Below are positions 14,205 through 27,237 of a DNA stretch of 64,000 nt, one piece after another; the first letter of the stretch is position 1; each line of letters starts with the position of its first letter. This DNA comes from the human T2T-CHM13v2.0 reference genome, Homo sapiens. The translations under genes and the position numbers were made by a program. Where the stretch lies: NCBI RefSeq assembly GCF_009914755.1, contig NC_060926.1, one strand, 5' to 3'. The notes beneath the pieces are model-generated. The model was given only the letters and a program-made list of their open reading frames with translations. It searched no databases and was not told the DNA's origin.

Positions 14205-14590
14205 TGTTTTTGTAAAGATGTTCATTGCAACACGTTCAGAGGGAAAGAAGAAAACATCTTCAGTGTCAACCTTGGTGCATAGGTTAAATAAATTGTGCCA
14301 CATCCATTCAGTGGACTGCCTTTCAACCGTTGAAGATCATGTTGTACATGTGTATTTATAAGCAATAGAAAGCTGTTCATAATAGACTATTAAGAGAAAA
14401 AAAGTGAATCATGTGAGACCATATAAACATGTTTGATTCTGTTTTTTTTAATATGTAAGAAGGAGAACAAATTAAGTTAGGCTATGTTCGAAATTCTAAT
14501 CATGGTTACATCTGTGTACTGTTATTATTAAAGGTGATGCTTACTTCTCATGCTCTACTTTTATTTCTATTCCTGTTTTCTAATTACTCT
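14205..14590 (+). mobile_element. Old L1 3' fragment (L1ME4-like)
   Basis: AAGATGTTCATTGCAAC...GGTTAAATAAATTGTG...CATCCATTCAGTGGA...ATGGTTACATCTG follows the L1M 3' end. Confidence 0.7.
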
Positions 14591-14607
14591 AAAAAAGAGC
14601 AAATGAA

Positions 14608-14837
14608 TAGAGTGGTTCAGACGACTTCTTGGATCAAATCTACTTCTGCCACTTAGGGATATGACCTCAGGCACATTATTTAACATGACAGCCCCTCAGT
14701 TTCTTTATCTGTAAAATGGAGAGATAATGATCTGAACTTCAGGATTACTGTGAGGATCAATTGAGTTAATTTCGTAGAGTGCTTAGAAATGTGGCTGGCG
14801 CATAGTAAACACTATGCAAGTGTGAGCTATGATTATT
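14608..14837 (+). mobile_element. MIR, near full length
   Basis: CTGCCACTTAG...CCTCAGTTTCTTTATCTGTAAAATGG...GTGAGGATCAATTGAG...GTGCTTAGAAATGTGGCTGGCGCATAGTAAAC. Confidence 0.9.
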
Positions 14838-14889
14838 AAGATCATCACATATTTCTTGCATAATTGAAAACTAAAAACCTGGGGCCACA

Positions 14890-15000
14890 GGCCAGCTGTT
14901 GAATCTTAGGCACATCCACATCTCTTGGCATGAGTGTCCTCAATAGTAAAATGAGCAAATTAGATAGATGACCTTAAAGGCCCGTCCCCATTCTGTGATG
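14890..15000 (+). mobile_element. MIR3/MIRc relic
   Basis: GTCCTCAATAGTAAAATGAGCAAATTAGATAGATGACCTTAAAGG. Confidence 0.6.
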
Positions 15001-15199
15001 ACATAATTCAACAGGGATGCTTCTATTGGGCCCTGAATGTAGCACAGAGGTGAAAGGGAACACTACATAGCAGGCTTACAGAGGGGGCTGGTGGGAAGAG
15101 AACGAGATGGGGCCTGTGGGATAGATCAGAGCCCCGCAAGCTTTGTGGAGTGCGGGGGAAGGAAGACTGCAAGAAAGCCAGCCAAGGCGGCTGCCTCTC

Positions 15200-15860
15200 C
15201 ACTCAACTATGTGATTAAGTGACTGGCTTCTGTTTTTCACAAAGCCAGTCTCCAGCTCAAAGAACCTCAGGGACTATTTTAAAGACAAGTTATTCCTTTG
15301 TTTTTAATTGTAATTAAGTAGGTATTTTATAATATTTAAATGGTGCAATTTACATGTCACTTCCATGATGCGCTGGGTACCCTTCACCAGAAGGAGAGAA
15401 CGTAAGTTTAAGAGGACTGCTGTGTATTATTTTGTGACTAGGGAAGTGCATTTATGCAATTGTGAGTAGAACGGAGATACTGGGATATTTCAAGACTTCA
15501 TTAAACATGCCAGAACTTTAACAAATTTACTTGGAGCCAGTTTATTCATGTTAAGATTTCATTCATCCTTCTTCCCATACTTTGACAAAATGTTTAAGTT
15601 AGTTTCTCATTTTATTTGTCTACTGAGTTCCCTAAGTTAGGGAAATTAGTATTGTGTGTGCGGTTTGATTTAATTAGCAATTGGGGAAATCGGCCTGGCA
15701 TGTTTCATGGAAGCTTGGGGAAATTGTCAATTAGCATTGTGTTAATTGGTGTCTGCCATCCTTGCTTTTTAGTTTTTAACCCCTTTTACCTTGTTCCCTC
15801 TTTCAGCATGTAAAATCTGGCTGTTTATTATTCTTTAAATAAAGGATTAATTGCCTGAAT
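15200..15860. promoter_or_regulatory. Candidate conserved non-coding element / enhancer
   Basis: About 650 bp, AT-rich and repeat-free, with dense TAATTA/TAATTG/CAATTA motifs, SOX-like CATTGT, and palindromes. Conservation not measured. Confidence 0.5.
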
Positions 15861-16369
15861 TCCTGCCTCTGCTCCGTGTCCTTTTTCTCCCTGAGCAGAT
15901 GGGGAGTTGGGCAAGCCCGTGGTGGCGGCCTTGTTTCTTTCAGGCCCTCGTCCTCGCTGGCATAGGAGGAAGTGCTCTCTCCCACACTGCCCCACGCCCA
16001 GGCTTAAGCCTCCTCACTGCCATTTTCAATGCCCGGTGGAGCCTCCCTGTCCACAATCCCCGAAGACCCCACCTGGCTCTCAGGAGACACCCACTGTTCA
16101 TTCTTCTGGAGTCTGTGGCTGATGTTTCAGATTTGAGCCACTCCCTTCGTCTGACCCAATCAGCACCCTCCTCAAGTGAAGCTGAGGGAATCTTTCCAAA
16201 ACAGGGAAGGAAGTGTATTTTTATGGAGTGCCTCCTGAGAACCAGGATCTTTTAATCTCACAACATCTCCCAAAAGGTAAGTTTACAGTAAAGAAGCTGG
16301 AATTCAATCCCACTTGTGGGATTCAAAATAAGACTTTTTCCATCATGTTTCACATTGTATTTCTAGATC

Positions 16370-16525
16370 CTTGTGGTCCATGTGGTCCCAGTAGTGTGAG
16401 TTTCGCTGGGAACTTGATAGAAATGCAGAATCCCAGGTCCCAATTCAATCTACTAAATCAACATTTGCATTTAAGACTCCCCAGGTGATTCACATCACAT
16501 CATATTAAATGTGCGAAACACTGGC
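16370..16525. mobile_element. MER5A (hAT-Charlie MITE)
   Basis: CTGGGAACTTGATAGAAATGCAGAATCCCAGG...CTACTAAATCAACATTTGCATTT...CCCCAGGTGATTC...GAAACACTG. Confidence 0.85.
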
Positions 16526-16544
16526 CTACCACATGGCTTGGCCT

Positions 16545-17243
16545 CTGTTACGCTAGAGTTGCGATTAAATGCTAAAGTGCTTGTTGTACTCCAGTATCTG
16601 TTGTCTTCTCTGTCCACAGTCGTAGAGGTTTTAACAGGGAACTTAGCTGTCCAGTCCAGGAAAACATTTCCCAGACTCCCTTGCAGCTAGATTGTGAGCA
16701 TGTGACCAAGTTCTGGCCAATCATCTGGCCAAACAAATGTAAGTGGAAGTTTCAAATGGCAACTCCCAGGACAGCTCCTTAACAGAGAGCTAGCACTCTA
16801 CTCATCCCCATCTCTACCCATCCTCTGGACAGGATGGCTTGAGCTCCACTCCATGTTGGACCATGAGGATGAGGGTTATACTTTCAGGATGGCAGAGTAG
16901 AAATGTAGAACACTGGGGCCCTGGGAATTGATGGGGCAGAGTCCCCCGACTTATGCAGTATTCCCTTCTCCAGACTCTAAACTTATTTTTTAATCTTTTT
17001 AATTTGTATATATTTAGGGGATATAAGAGCAGATTTTTTCCATGCATATATTGCATAGTCCTGATGTCTAGGCTTTTTGTGTATCCATCACCTGAATAGT
17101 AAACATTGTACTCAATAGGTAATTTTTCAGCCTCAACACCATCTCACCTTTTGTAGCCTCCACTAAACTTTATTTAAGCTGCTTTTTTTTGAAGTGGAGG
17201 AAGAAACCTGTCATGAATGGACAAACCAACTCCTGACTAATAC
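16545..17243 (+). mobile_element. MaLR solo LTR (MLT1J-like), split by an L1 fragment
   Basis: CATTTCCCAGACTCCCTTGCAGCTAG...CATGTGACCAAGTTCTGGCCAAT...GGACCATGAGGATGAGG, ending CCTGACTAATACA. Confidence 0.8.
16985..17162 (-). mobile_element. Short 5'-truncated L1 3' end (L1PB/L1MA-like)
   Basis: T-rich tail, then CATGCATATATTGCATAGT...CCATCACCTGAATAGTAAACATTGTAC. TSD CTAAACTT at 16977-16984 and 17163-17170. Confidence 0.85.
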
Positions 17244-17563
17244 AGAAGCGAAAGCCCACCTTGTCTACATAACACATAGTGCTTCCCAAATTAAAGAAGA
17301 GGTAAGGCAAGGAAATCACCTTTGTGTACCAAACAAGGACCACTGAGCAGAAGTTTCTTAAAGATGAGTTTCAGCTGAATAAACTGCTTGCCAATGATTA
17401 GAACTGTCCAGCTATGATGAACGGGCTACCCCATTGAGATAGCAAACTTCGTGTCACCAGAACTGTTCAAGCAGAGACTTCCCCAAATGCTGCAGAGGAA
17501 ATTCCTGTCCTGGGTGGAATATTGATCCCTTTAACCACTAACCTCTTTTCTCCAAAGAATTGT

Positions 17564-17599
17564 AAAACAAAACAAAACAAAACAAAACAAAAACAAAAA
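17564..17599 (+). repeat. (AAAAC)n pentanucleotide repeat
   Basis: Direct reading, about 7 units with an imperfect end. Confidence 0.9.
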
Positions 17600-17709
17600 T
17601 ACTTATTCAGAGAACAATGGATTTTAAATATTGAATGTGCCTTAGTCATTGAACCAAATTAGGAACTTCTCTCCTAGTTTCCACGTCTGCTCGTTTATCA
17701 CAAGAACCC

Positions 17710-18238
17710 TGTGCCATTTATTTATTCATTGCCTCTCAGACCCACACAGTCCCTTCTATGCTGTCCTCTTTGTTGCTGGGGCTGGGAGTCTACACTTCAC
17801 AGACTCTCCAGCAACTCCTGGTTAGACTCTGCCAAAGGGAGGCAGTAGTGAGAGATCAGAGATGACAGAGCAAAGCTTCCTACTTTTTTTTCTCGGACAT
17901 CAGAGGCTGCTCTGGCACTGACTGGTAGTTGCCATAGTGGCAGTGGGATAGAGTAATTCCCAATTCCAGCCACCCAGGGCTCAGCAGCAGCACCTCCTTG
18001 GCAGTTCCAGCAGCATAGTTGTGGGCTCAGGTGCAGGCTCTAATCCAGGGAGATTAGCAGTTTCCTAATCTCTGGATATCACCTATTCTTCCTTCTGCTC
18101 CTTCACATCTATTCACCATCTCCATTTTGCTCCTCCAGCCCTTCCTACACCTTTGTAACCAATTCCTGCATTAAATCTCCTCTTCGTAAAATATCTCAGA
18201 CAGTTCCTGTTTTGCTGGCTGGACCCTGAAGGATGCAA
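17710..18238 (+). mobile_element. ERVL solo LTR (LTR33-like)
   Basis: GGTTAGACTCTGCCAAAGGGAGGCA...TTTGTAACCAATTCCTGCATTAAATCTCC...TTCCTGTTTTGCTGGCTGGACCCTGA matches the LTR33 3' end. Confidence 0.75.
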
Positions 18239-20609
18239 TCACCAGCACTCAAGGGTCTCTCTTCTCCCCTGAGGCCATCCTCAGTGCATGCCAGAAGGGA
18301 ACATACATAAAATGAGCACCTGGCAGCAGCAGCGCCCATTGCCAGCCTCTCCTGCCCTGCCAGAACCCCCAGCTAAGCTGCCGCCTATCAGACATGGGCA
18401 AGACCGGAGTGCTGTAGAGTCTTCAAGTTAACACTGAACAATCACAGCTGATGAGGCCGCACTCTGAGGCAGATCTATGGCTTCAATTTCTCACCAGTAT
18501 TTTAGCTCCCCAGGCTGGCTGTCATGTAGCGGGTCTCATTGAGAGGACGTTAAGGGATCCATTTTTCAGGAGTTGGCCTACACTAGCAGAACTCCATTTC
18601 CACGTAATATTTATGAACAAAAACCCTCAAACATGCTCCCACAGCCCAGTCCCCTAGCAGACTTAACTACTAGACAGCACCCATTTATAAACTAGCAAAT
18701 GAAATCCTTCTCTTGGATAAGAAGAGCAGGAAAATTCTCTGCTGCAGATTTCCTTCAAGAGCTCCCCTGGGAGAGAGACAGATTCTGGAGAGGATGTCTC
18801 TGCCAACCCTGCCCTCTCCAGCTCAGGTTCCAGGATAAGTTCTGGGGTCCATTAGTGGGTTGGAGGGGTAAAGGTCAGGGGTGAGGAAGGAGGCATCAGA
18901 ACACCAAGATAAGGAGGCTTGTAGATTTTCTATTCAACTTGCTATCTCTTATTCTAGAAAATACATTATCGACAATTGCAACCACCATACCCTCAAATCA
19001 CTCCGTTGGATTGTCAACTCAGTGACTTCAAGAGACTTAAACCTTTGTGGGCATAATACATTTTGATACATTTTATACATTATCCTGTAGACATAAAAAC
19101 TTATACAAGCCTATGGGACCTAAAACAGAATCCCGAGTTCAATCTTGACACAACCTCAGGATCTGAAGGGAAAGGGAGGCAGGTCCCTTGTATGGCCTTT
19201 GTAAAACCAACTGAGCTGCTTCAGAGAAGTTTAGGGGACACTCAGTAGGGATAGTGATTGTCAGTGGTGAGGCAAGGTCATGAATATTTAAAATATACTT
19301 ACCATTTGTAGATGCAGCTTAGAATACACCTCAACAGTGCTGGGGGAAGATCAGTGTGTATTTGTACAAGTCCCTCTTGGTGCCAGGGTCAGCTTCAGGG
19401 GGTTCTAGGTCCTGGCTCAGCCCATTGGGAGAGCAAGTAACTGCCCACACTCAGGTCTCTAAACACCCCCCAGGTGTTGTGAGGTGAGGACAGAGTGGGG
19501 TCTTGGTGAGAGCCAGGAACTCTGGAGTCTCCTGGGGAGTCCTGACCCATACCTAGTTGCCACTGCTTCATTCCCATGCAGCTTTCCCATCACTAAGGCT
19601 TTTATTCCTGGAAAACTATTTTGCCCTATCAAAAACAATCCTTAGGAACCAAGATCAGAGTTGAATCAAATTTACTAATTGTATATTTCCTTTCTACGTA
19701 ATACCCCCACCCATCTCCCCTTCTCTTCTCCCTGAATCCTAGTCCTGAGAGTTTCCACAGAGTTCCCAGTAGCCCCAGCAAAGAGTGAGAGAGGCACAAA
19801 ACAGGGAAACAAGACACAAAGCATATCTACTCACTCCTCCAGACCCATGCACGATCACCTGCCAGGCCCCGGGGACCTGTCCTCCCAGCATGAGGCATCC
19901 CTCAAGGACCAGGTCTACAAAGGACATCTCCCAAGCTTTCCAGACACCAGCCAGCCCCTTTGTGCAAGAGGAAAGAACTATCTCGTGGGGAATTCTCATC
20001 AGCTGTTTCCCCTCTGCCTGAACCGAGAACAAAAGAAGGGTAAACTAGACCTACAGCTGTGAGGACAGTCATTTTGATCAGGGACTGACAGTCAAGGGCT
20101 GCTTTAATCTTGGCAGGAGGACAGAAGGTGGGCTTATTTTTTGTAACTGGTTTTAGCTCTAGAATTCTAACAAACGTAATCGCAAACTTTATGACTTACC
20201 CAAGTCTGGCACTACATCCATTCAATCCTCTATTTCCTGGGTTTACAACCCACCCAGGAAACCTGCATCTCAGATAAAACTTGGGCTCCAAATATTTGTT
20301 GGAGACAAAGCCTGTTTTTTTTAAATAAATGACCATTTACAGTTTGACAATGCAAACCAAGAGAGCACATATATGATGGCTTTCTGGGAGACTTGGGGCA
20401 GATGAGCCTGGACACTGAGGTAAATGCCCATTTGAGAATTGTTCTGGCCTTGGGCAGCAGGGGATTTCAGGCTAGCAATGAAGACATTTGAAAAAGAATA
20501 AGGTGATGATAATAATAATAGAAATATTCATGACCAATAACATATTTGCGAACCACATATTATTTTAGATGTCATTTAAAACTTGTTTACTCTTTTATTC
20601 TTAAAACTT

Positions 20610-20980
20610 ATTTCCACCTGGATGGGCTACAGGCACATTCCGCATGCTCAAATGCATCCATCTTCTCCGCCTACCTCCCTCTACTCTGGCTCTGTTAAAG
20701 ACATCAACACTCTTTCAAACGATGGAGCACAAAGCCTGAGAACAGCTGATTCACCAGATTGACACACCTTGCTTTCAAGTTCTGTGGCTCATTCCTTTGT
20801 AACACTTCACATCAAATTTTCTCTCTCCAACCTATCACCAGCATCCAAGGTAGGCCCTTGAGACATCTGTCCTGGACAACTGTAATAGCTCCTAACTGGC
20901 CTTTTCCTGTGGTCGCACCAGCTCTCAACCCATGGCTGGATGAACAGCCACAGAACTCCCCTGTTTGCCATTGCCAGTAG
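20610..20980 (+). mobile_element. L2 LINE relic
   Basis: TTCCACCTGGATG...CCTGGACAACTGTAATAGCTCCTAACTGGCC are L2 motifs. Confidence 0.7.
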
Positions 20981-21071
20981 CCTCAGTGTTCTCATCCTTA
21001 GAAGTCTCTTTCATCTTGGTCCTAAGGACAAAATGGTGCCTCTTTATGCCACCTATTAATGCCTTCATACC

Positions 21072-21380
21072 AGCACAGAATCCTTTATTCACAATTCCAA
21101 AACAGAAAGAGCTCAGAAGGTGAAAAAACTGGGGGGAATTATTTGATGATAAAACTTGTCATGAGGCTATTTATAATGTTTATTTTCCTCACTTAGAATT
21201 TTCATTCATATCACTACAAAAATATTATTATCTTTGACTATGGAACACTTCTTCAGACCCCACTGGGGGTGTTATGAATTATATTTGATATGCATCATAA
21301 TATCTTGCTAAATCTGAAAAATTCTGCATTTGAAACACATAAGGCCCAAAGGGTTTTAGATAATGGTTTTGGGGACTATA
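21072..21380. mobile_element. TcMar-Tigger-derived MITE (MER46C-like)
   Basis: CCTTTATTCACAATTCCAAAAC...AAATCTGAAAAATTCTGCATTTGAAACACATAAGGCCCAAAGGGTTTTAGATAA. Confidence 0.6.
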
Positions 21381-21424
21381 TTAATGTGCATTAGAGTCAT
21401 TACTCTCCATGTTTTATGTGTAGT

Positions 21425-22470
21425 TATCAATCAGTGAATCCTCAAATTGAGCACATGTTATACAGAAGGCGACTTCCCAGGCAATAGAGGCATACAATAG
21501 GTTAAAATACTTGATCCTTGACTACAGGTTTGTATAGCCATAGATCTGAGGTAGAACCAACATGCTATGGTCCCAGTGAGGGGATTTGATGGGAAAGTCA
21601 TCTTCACAAACTTGATGTTCAGGAAGAATTTTGAAGAGGAGGTTTACCTACCCTGAGTGGTAAAGATGAAACAGAGAAAAAGTGATGAAGCTCCAGGAGG
21701 GCAGTCCAGGTGTGGGTGGGTAGGGCAGAAATTCACAAGAAATTCACAATTGCAGCCTAGGCAGCTATACTGGACTACTAGATTTAGGTACAATCACAAG
21801 AGAATTTGGCCACCCTTTGTATAATTTTCTTACTTAGATACTACTCCTTCTGCTGCTACCAATGTCCCTACCACAAGTGCAGCCAAAATGTCATCTGTAC
21901 CCTCAACAACACTGGATGAGAAATGCTACTTCTGTTCCAAGAACTGTTTATGGAAAGTGCAATGAATGCTGGGACCATAGAAAATGTGGCTGGAGATGTA
22001 GCTGAGGTCAGATCATTAAGGGCCTATTTAGCAGGTGGTAGAGCCTAGAGGCTGAGAGTATGCCCTCAACATTTAACAGCTAAGCAACCCTGGGGAAGTT
22101 GCTTAATGCTTGTGTGTCTTGATTGCTTCAACTGCACCCTGGGGCTGCTGCCGCTGATGCTGATGAAGATGATACTACCAAATGCATTCAAGTATTGTGA
22201 GGATTCCGTGAGAATATGCATGTAAAGCCCTTAGTAAATATTCAACAAATGTTAGTTGTCGTTAATTATGTTACCATTCAAAAGAGCAAGAGAAAGCAAC
22301 TGAAGGGTTGTGACATGGTCAGACTGGCATTACAGGACCTCAGGTGGACATTCAGAGTCTGCATTAAAAGGGAGGAGGCTGGAGGTAAGAAGACCAGTTA
22401 GGAGGCTTTGTGGTGATCCGGGCAAGAGATGAGACAAGGCTGAACTCACAGCCACGGCAACAGGATCTAA
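21425..22470 (-). mobile_element. Fragmented L2 relic, interrupted by a MIR
   Basis: GGCTGGAGATGTAGCTGAGGTCAGATCAT and GGAGGTAAGAAGACCAGTTAGGAGGCT...CCGGGCAAGAGATGA are antisense L2. Confidence 0.65.
22030..22275 (+). mobile_element. MIR
   Basis: AACCCTGGGGAAGTTGCTTAA...ATTGTGAGGATTCCGTGAGAATATGCATGTAAAGCCCTTAG. Confidence 0.75.
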
Positions 22471-22479
22471 AGGTAATCT

Positions 22480-23343
22480 CTGAGTCTAATACAATAAATA
22501 TCCATAGTCCATTCTGGTATAAATAAGTAATTACATTAAAAAAAAAGGTGGGGGAGAAGGGGCATCTATTTCTTACAGTAGGATTCCAATTAATAAATGT
22601 GAAAGAAATGATAGAAATAGAATATCATCATTAAGCAAATACACTATAGCTATTGTGACAGACGAGAAACATTGATAGATGCTAAACTTAGTGGGCAAAA
22701 GTATGATGGGAAACAGGATACTTACATAGTCTCAAATTATCTACCCACAAGATACTTACTAATTACAAAGAGAAAATAGTAACTCTATAGTGGACTAACC
22801 TGGCAGTCACTATCTTAACCAAGTGATCAAAGATCACATCACCAGTAGTAACACGTATTGACATTATGCATGTCCAGATAGGATATACTGAGAACACTGC
22901 CTCTGTGAGATTCCTGCCAAAAATGCAGAAAGAACATTAATCTAATTATGAGGATACATTAGAAAAACCCAAATCAGGAGACATTCTACAAAAGGACCAG
23001 TACTCTTTAAAAATGTCAAAGGCATGAAAGTCAGACTGAAAAACTCTCAAAGATTGAAACTAAGGAGAAACAACAATTCCACGCAACTTGAGATCCTGGT
23101 TTCAATCCTGAACCAGAAAGGAGGCATTCGTGAGGCAGTTGGTGAAATTCAAATGAAATCTATACATGAGTCAATAATACTGAATCAATGTTAATTTCCT
23201 AGTTTCTATGATTGTACTATGGTTACATAAGATATTATAAGATATTCACATTAGGGGAAGCTGGTGAAAGGTATTCGAGAACCTTGTACAGATTTTATAG
23301 TATTTTGTAAGTCTAAAATAATTTCAAAATAGAAAGTTAAAAA
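22480..23343 (+). mobile_element. L1MC4-like 3' UTR fragment
   Basis: TTAACCAAGTGATCAAAG...CATCACCAGT...AAACCCAAATCAGGAGACATTCTACAAAA...ATCAATGTTAATTTCCT...TGTAAGTCTAAAATAATTTCAAAAT. Confidence 0.88.
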
Positions 23344-23459
23344 CAAGCATAACTCCTTCATCTGACCTATCTTCCTGGGCATCACTTAGGGTGCTGAGTG
23401 TGGCAGCATGTGAAATTAGGTGGTCTCAAGTTGACACCTCCACATAAACTACTTATAAA

Positions 23460-23640
23460 CCTCTCCCAGGCACATGGTCGCCATAATCACACTTGGTATT
23501 ATTTATACACTTGTGCTTCTCCACCATTAGAGTGAGGACTCTTTTAAGAACAGGAGCCATATCTTACTCACCCTGGTACACCTGCCAACGAATGCTTGTT
23601 GCATGCGTTATATATCGTCAGCGCTCAATATGTTTGGAAA
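23460..23640 (+). mobile_element. L2 3' end relic
   Basis: CTCCACCATTAGAGTGAGGACTCTTTTAAGAACAGGAGCCATATCTT...GCGCTCAATATGTTTG. Confidence 0.6.
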
Positions 23641-24884
23641 TTTTTCCAAAGAAAATTTCCCCCAAGGCTATGTTCTTATGGTTAAGTCTGGTCTTACTTG
23701 AGAATAGTGAATAATGGAATCTACATTCACATGGCATGTTCATTTCAGGGAGCCAGACCCTCCTCATAAAATAATCATAGATAGCCAAGTTCTTAGGGGT
23801 TAAAGAGAGGAACTCAGAGAAAAAAAACTCTTCCAGAGACTATGGGGTTGGATCTCTCATCAAGTTCCACAGGGCAAACGCTAGGAAATAAAAATTCCAT
23901 GTCCGTACTTGAACATCCCTCTCAAGGAGCCAATGTAAAACAGGGCTCATGCCCACGTCGCCAGCTGGGCACAGCATTCACAGCTTTCACCTGCTCTTTG
24001 GTTACCAAGATAGTGAGGCTTCCTGGTGACATAATGTTTATCATCTCTAAGGCCTTGGGACAACCTGAGGGACTTACTGCTTTTCGGAATTTTTAACCAG
24101 AGAGAAAGTGGTTTTGGTTCCAGAAAACAGGCAGAGAGGATGACAGGTCAGAGGTGAGGGGTTCTGTGGCTGCTGGGGTATAGGACTGGCCCATGGGTAA
24201 CATAGTCAGTAGAAGGCAAGGAGGGAGATAGAAGTTGCAACACCGTTCTCTCCCACCCCCATCCTCTCACAGTTCACACCTGGACAGGCCTTAGATGGGT
24301 CTCTGTTGTTCTGGGGCTGAGTCTGCCTGCACCACCGGCCTGCTTAAGACAGACAGGGAGTGACACAGGAAGCAGCAGCAAGCATCTGAGTTCCCCTGGA
24401 CTAAGAGGGAAGGCAGGCAGAGGAGAACTCTGGCCTTCCTGTGTTGGCCTGCCAGCAAGCCAGCCACTCAAAGTTCACTCCAAATCACCTCCCTTTGAAG
24501 AAAAGGCAGTAGGAACACTTCAACTGACCAGAAAGAAGACCCTTCTTTCTCTACTCTGTTTGATCATGATGAATAATGAAAATGTGGTTATCTATCAAAG
24601 CTGGGCAGAGGACTTCTGGAAACAATGACTGCACTTGACTCAATGCAGCCAAAGTCACCATGCAGACAAGTCCAATGTGCTGAGGCCTTGGCAGAGTTCA
24701 ATGAGCCCTAGACCCTGCCCTTTAGGAGCTGCTAATCTGTCCAGCACAAACAATGTTGACTCCAGCCAGCCTCAGAATGAAACAGAGCCAAGCATGTCAG
24801 TTGTCTCTCCAACCAACTAATAATAAACACTCAGAATCCCTCCTTTATCCAAGCAATGAGGCAGGTCCTTCTGTGACCTGGGCT

Positions 24885-25090
24885 TGAGTGTGACTTCTGA
24901 AGCTAGGCTGCCTGGGTGCCAACTCCAAACCTACTACTCACTGGTGCAACCTTGGGTGAGTAACTTATTCTTGCTAGGCTTGTTTCCTCACCTGGAAAAT
25001 GGTGATATTGCTACCCACCTTGAAGGGTTAATCCATGTAAAGGACTTATTTCAGCGAACGGTCCACAGCCAGCGCTTGGGAATTTGAGCA
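24885..25090 (+). mobile_element. MIR
   Basis: GCTGCCTGGGT...AACCTTGGGTGAGTAACTTA...GTTTCCTCACCTGGAAAATGG. Confidence 0.8.
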
Positions 25091-26264
25091 GTTACCCCGC
25101 ATCCCCTCTCATCGAGAGGTCTGGCTGGGAGCCTCGGCTCAGTGGGTGAGATCCAGCTATTGGTCTTTATCTTCACATGCACCTTGACCCCTGACTTAAA
25201 GGGCTCAGAGAGGCACTTCTACTGCCACCCCTGAATTTGGTATAAACTTGGAAAGTGCTGATAAATCTATTTTTATTTATTTCTAATTTATACCCTGCCA
25301 GCTTCCAGAAAGGATGTAAAGTAGCACAGATAAATCTATGTAACCTCCAGTGACAGGAACCAGGGCACGCTCTTCTTCCACATCTGTCATGAAGGTCAGC
25401 CCACCCCCACCTCTTCCGAGTAGATCAGGGGATGTCCAGAGAGCAGTCACAGGAGGGAGGAGGTGTGGGCAGCTGCTGATTGAGGCAGCGCCCAGCCCAG
25501 CACCAAAGAGTCACCATCTCCCCACCCCTCCCCACTCCAGCCCGTTCCCTCCTGCCCTGCCAGCCTGCTGCTCCCATGTTTCCTGCAGCCACATCATGTC
25601 CATGCTGTCCCTGAAGACTGTAGGGACAAGGGAAATCAAGGGGCAAGCTGTCCTTCTATAACCACCCAAAAAATAAAATAAAGCCTGCAGATGAAATCAA
25701 ATCCACAGTAGCTTTAAAGGGAGGGTGTGCGTTTGCTCATTTAATCATGAAAGAGCAGCCTAACAGTATCAAAAGAAGCGGGTGGGTTTCTTGGTGGCTG
25801 GTCAGTCACACTGTCCCCTACCCCATACCCCTGTACCTAGCTGCCGCTGGTGACACCCGCTCCTAGCAGCTCCACTCCCCAGAGGTGGCTCTAGCTGAGC
25901 TGCCCTTCTGTCTTTCCTCTGCCTACTCAAAGCTCCCCACCCTGCAAGGGCCTCCCTGTCCCAAAGCCCACCCTGACCTCTCCACTCACTGGCCTCTGCC
26001 TCTCTGAATGTCAGTGTCACCAACCATCTCAGCCTTCCCATAGCACTTCATCTCCTACTGACCTTCCATTTCTCACCAGCCCCACTCCCCTTCCCCATAG
26101 ATGCTGATCAATAGCTTGGTAGGCTCCCAGAGAACAGGCTGATGTGGCAGCGTGCAGGGCTCACCAGAGGCAGGACATGCACTTGGGCTCATTCAAAAAA
26201 CTCAGAGACTCTGCTGCCATCCAATCTTTTTGTAATGTGATCAAAGTACCCAAAAGCTAAGTGG

Positions 26265-26795
<531 letters not shown>

Positions 26796-26988
26796 CTGGC
26801 CCCAGCACCTTGCGTGGGGGCAGAAAGAGAGCTGGTTTGGGCATACAGTGCCACCAGAGCAAGGCCCTGGCTCTGACACCAGGTAGGTGATCTCAGGTAG
26901 GTAAATGACCTGGCTGGGCTTCTGACTCCTCATTGGTGAAATGAGCCTCTGGTAGGAAAGGATTCCTCAAATTCTAACGGTAAAAAAC

Positions 26989-27237
26989 AATGGCTAACAT
27001 TTATTGAGCATCCATTGCGTGCCAGATGCTGTTTTAAGTATTTTCCACATATTTTTCCATTTACTCCTCAAAACAGCCAAATGAGAGGTACAAAGATTTT
27101 TATTTTACAGATGAGGAAACTGAAGAGCACAGTGCTGAGTAACTCATCCAGGCCACATGGCTGGTGATGAGGGATCCGAGATTTCAATCCAGGCAGTTGA
27201 AGTCCAGGGATAGAGCTCACCACCATGCTCTGCTGCC
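26989..27237 (-). mobile_element. MIR, full length
   Basis: AACATTTATTGAGCA...TTTTACAGATGAGGAAACTGA...GATTTCAATCCAGGCAG...ACCATGCTCTGCTGCC. Confidence 0.92.
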
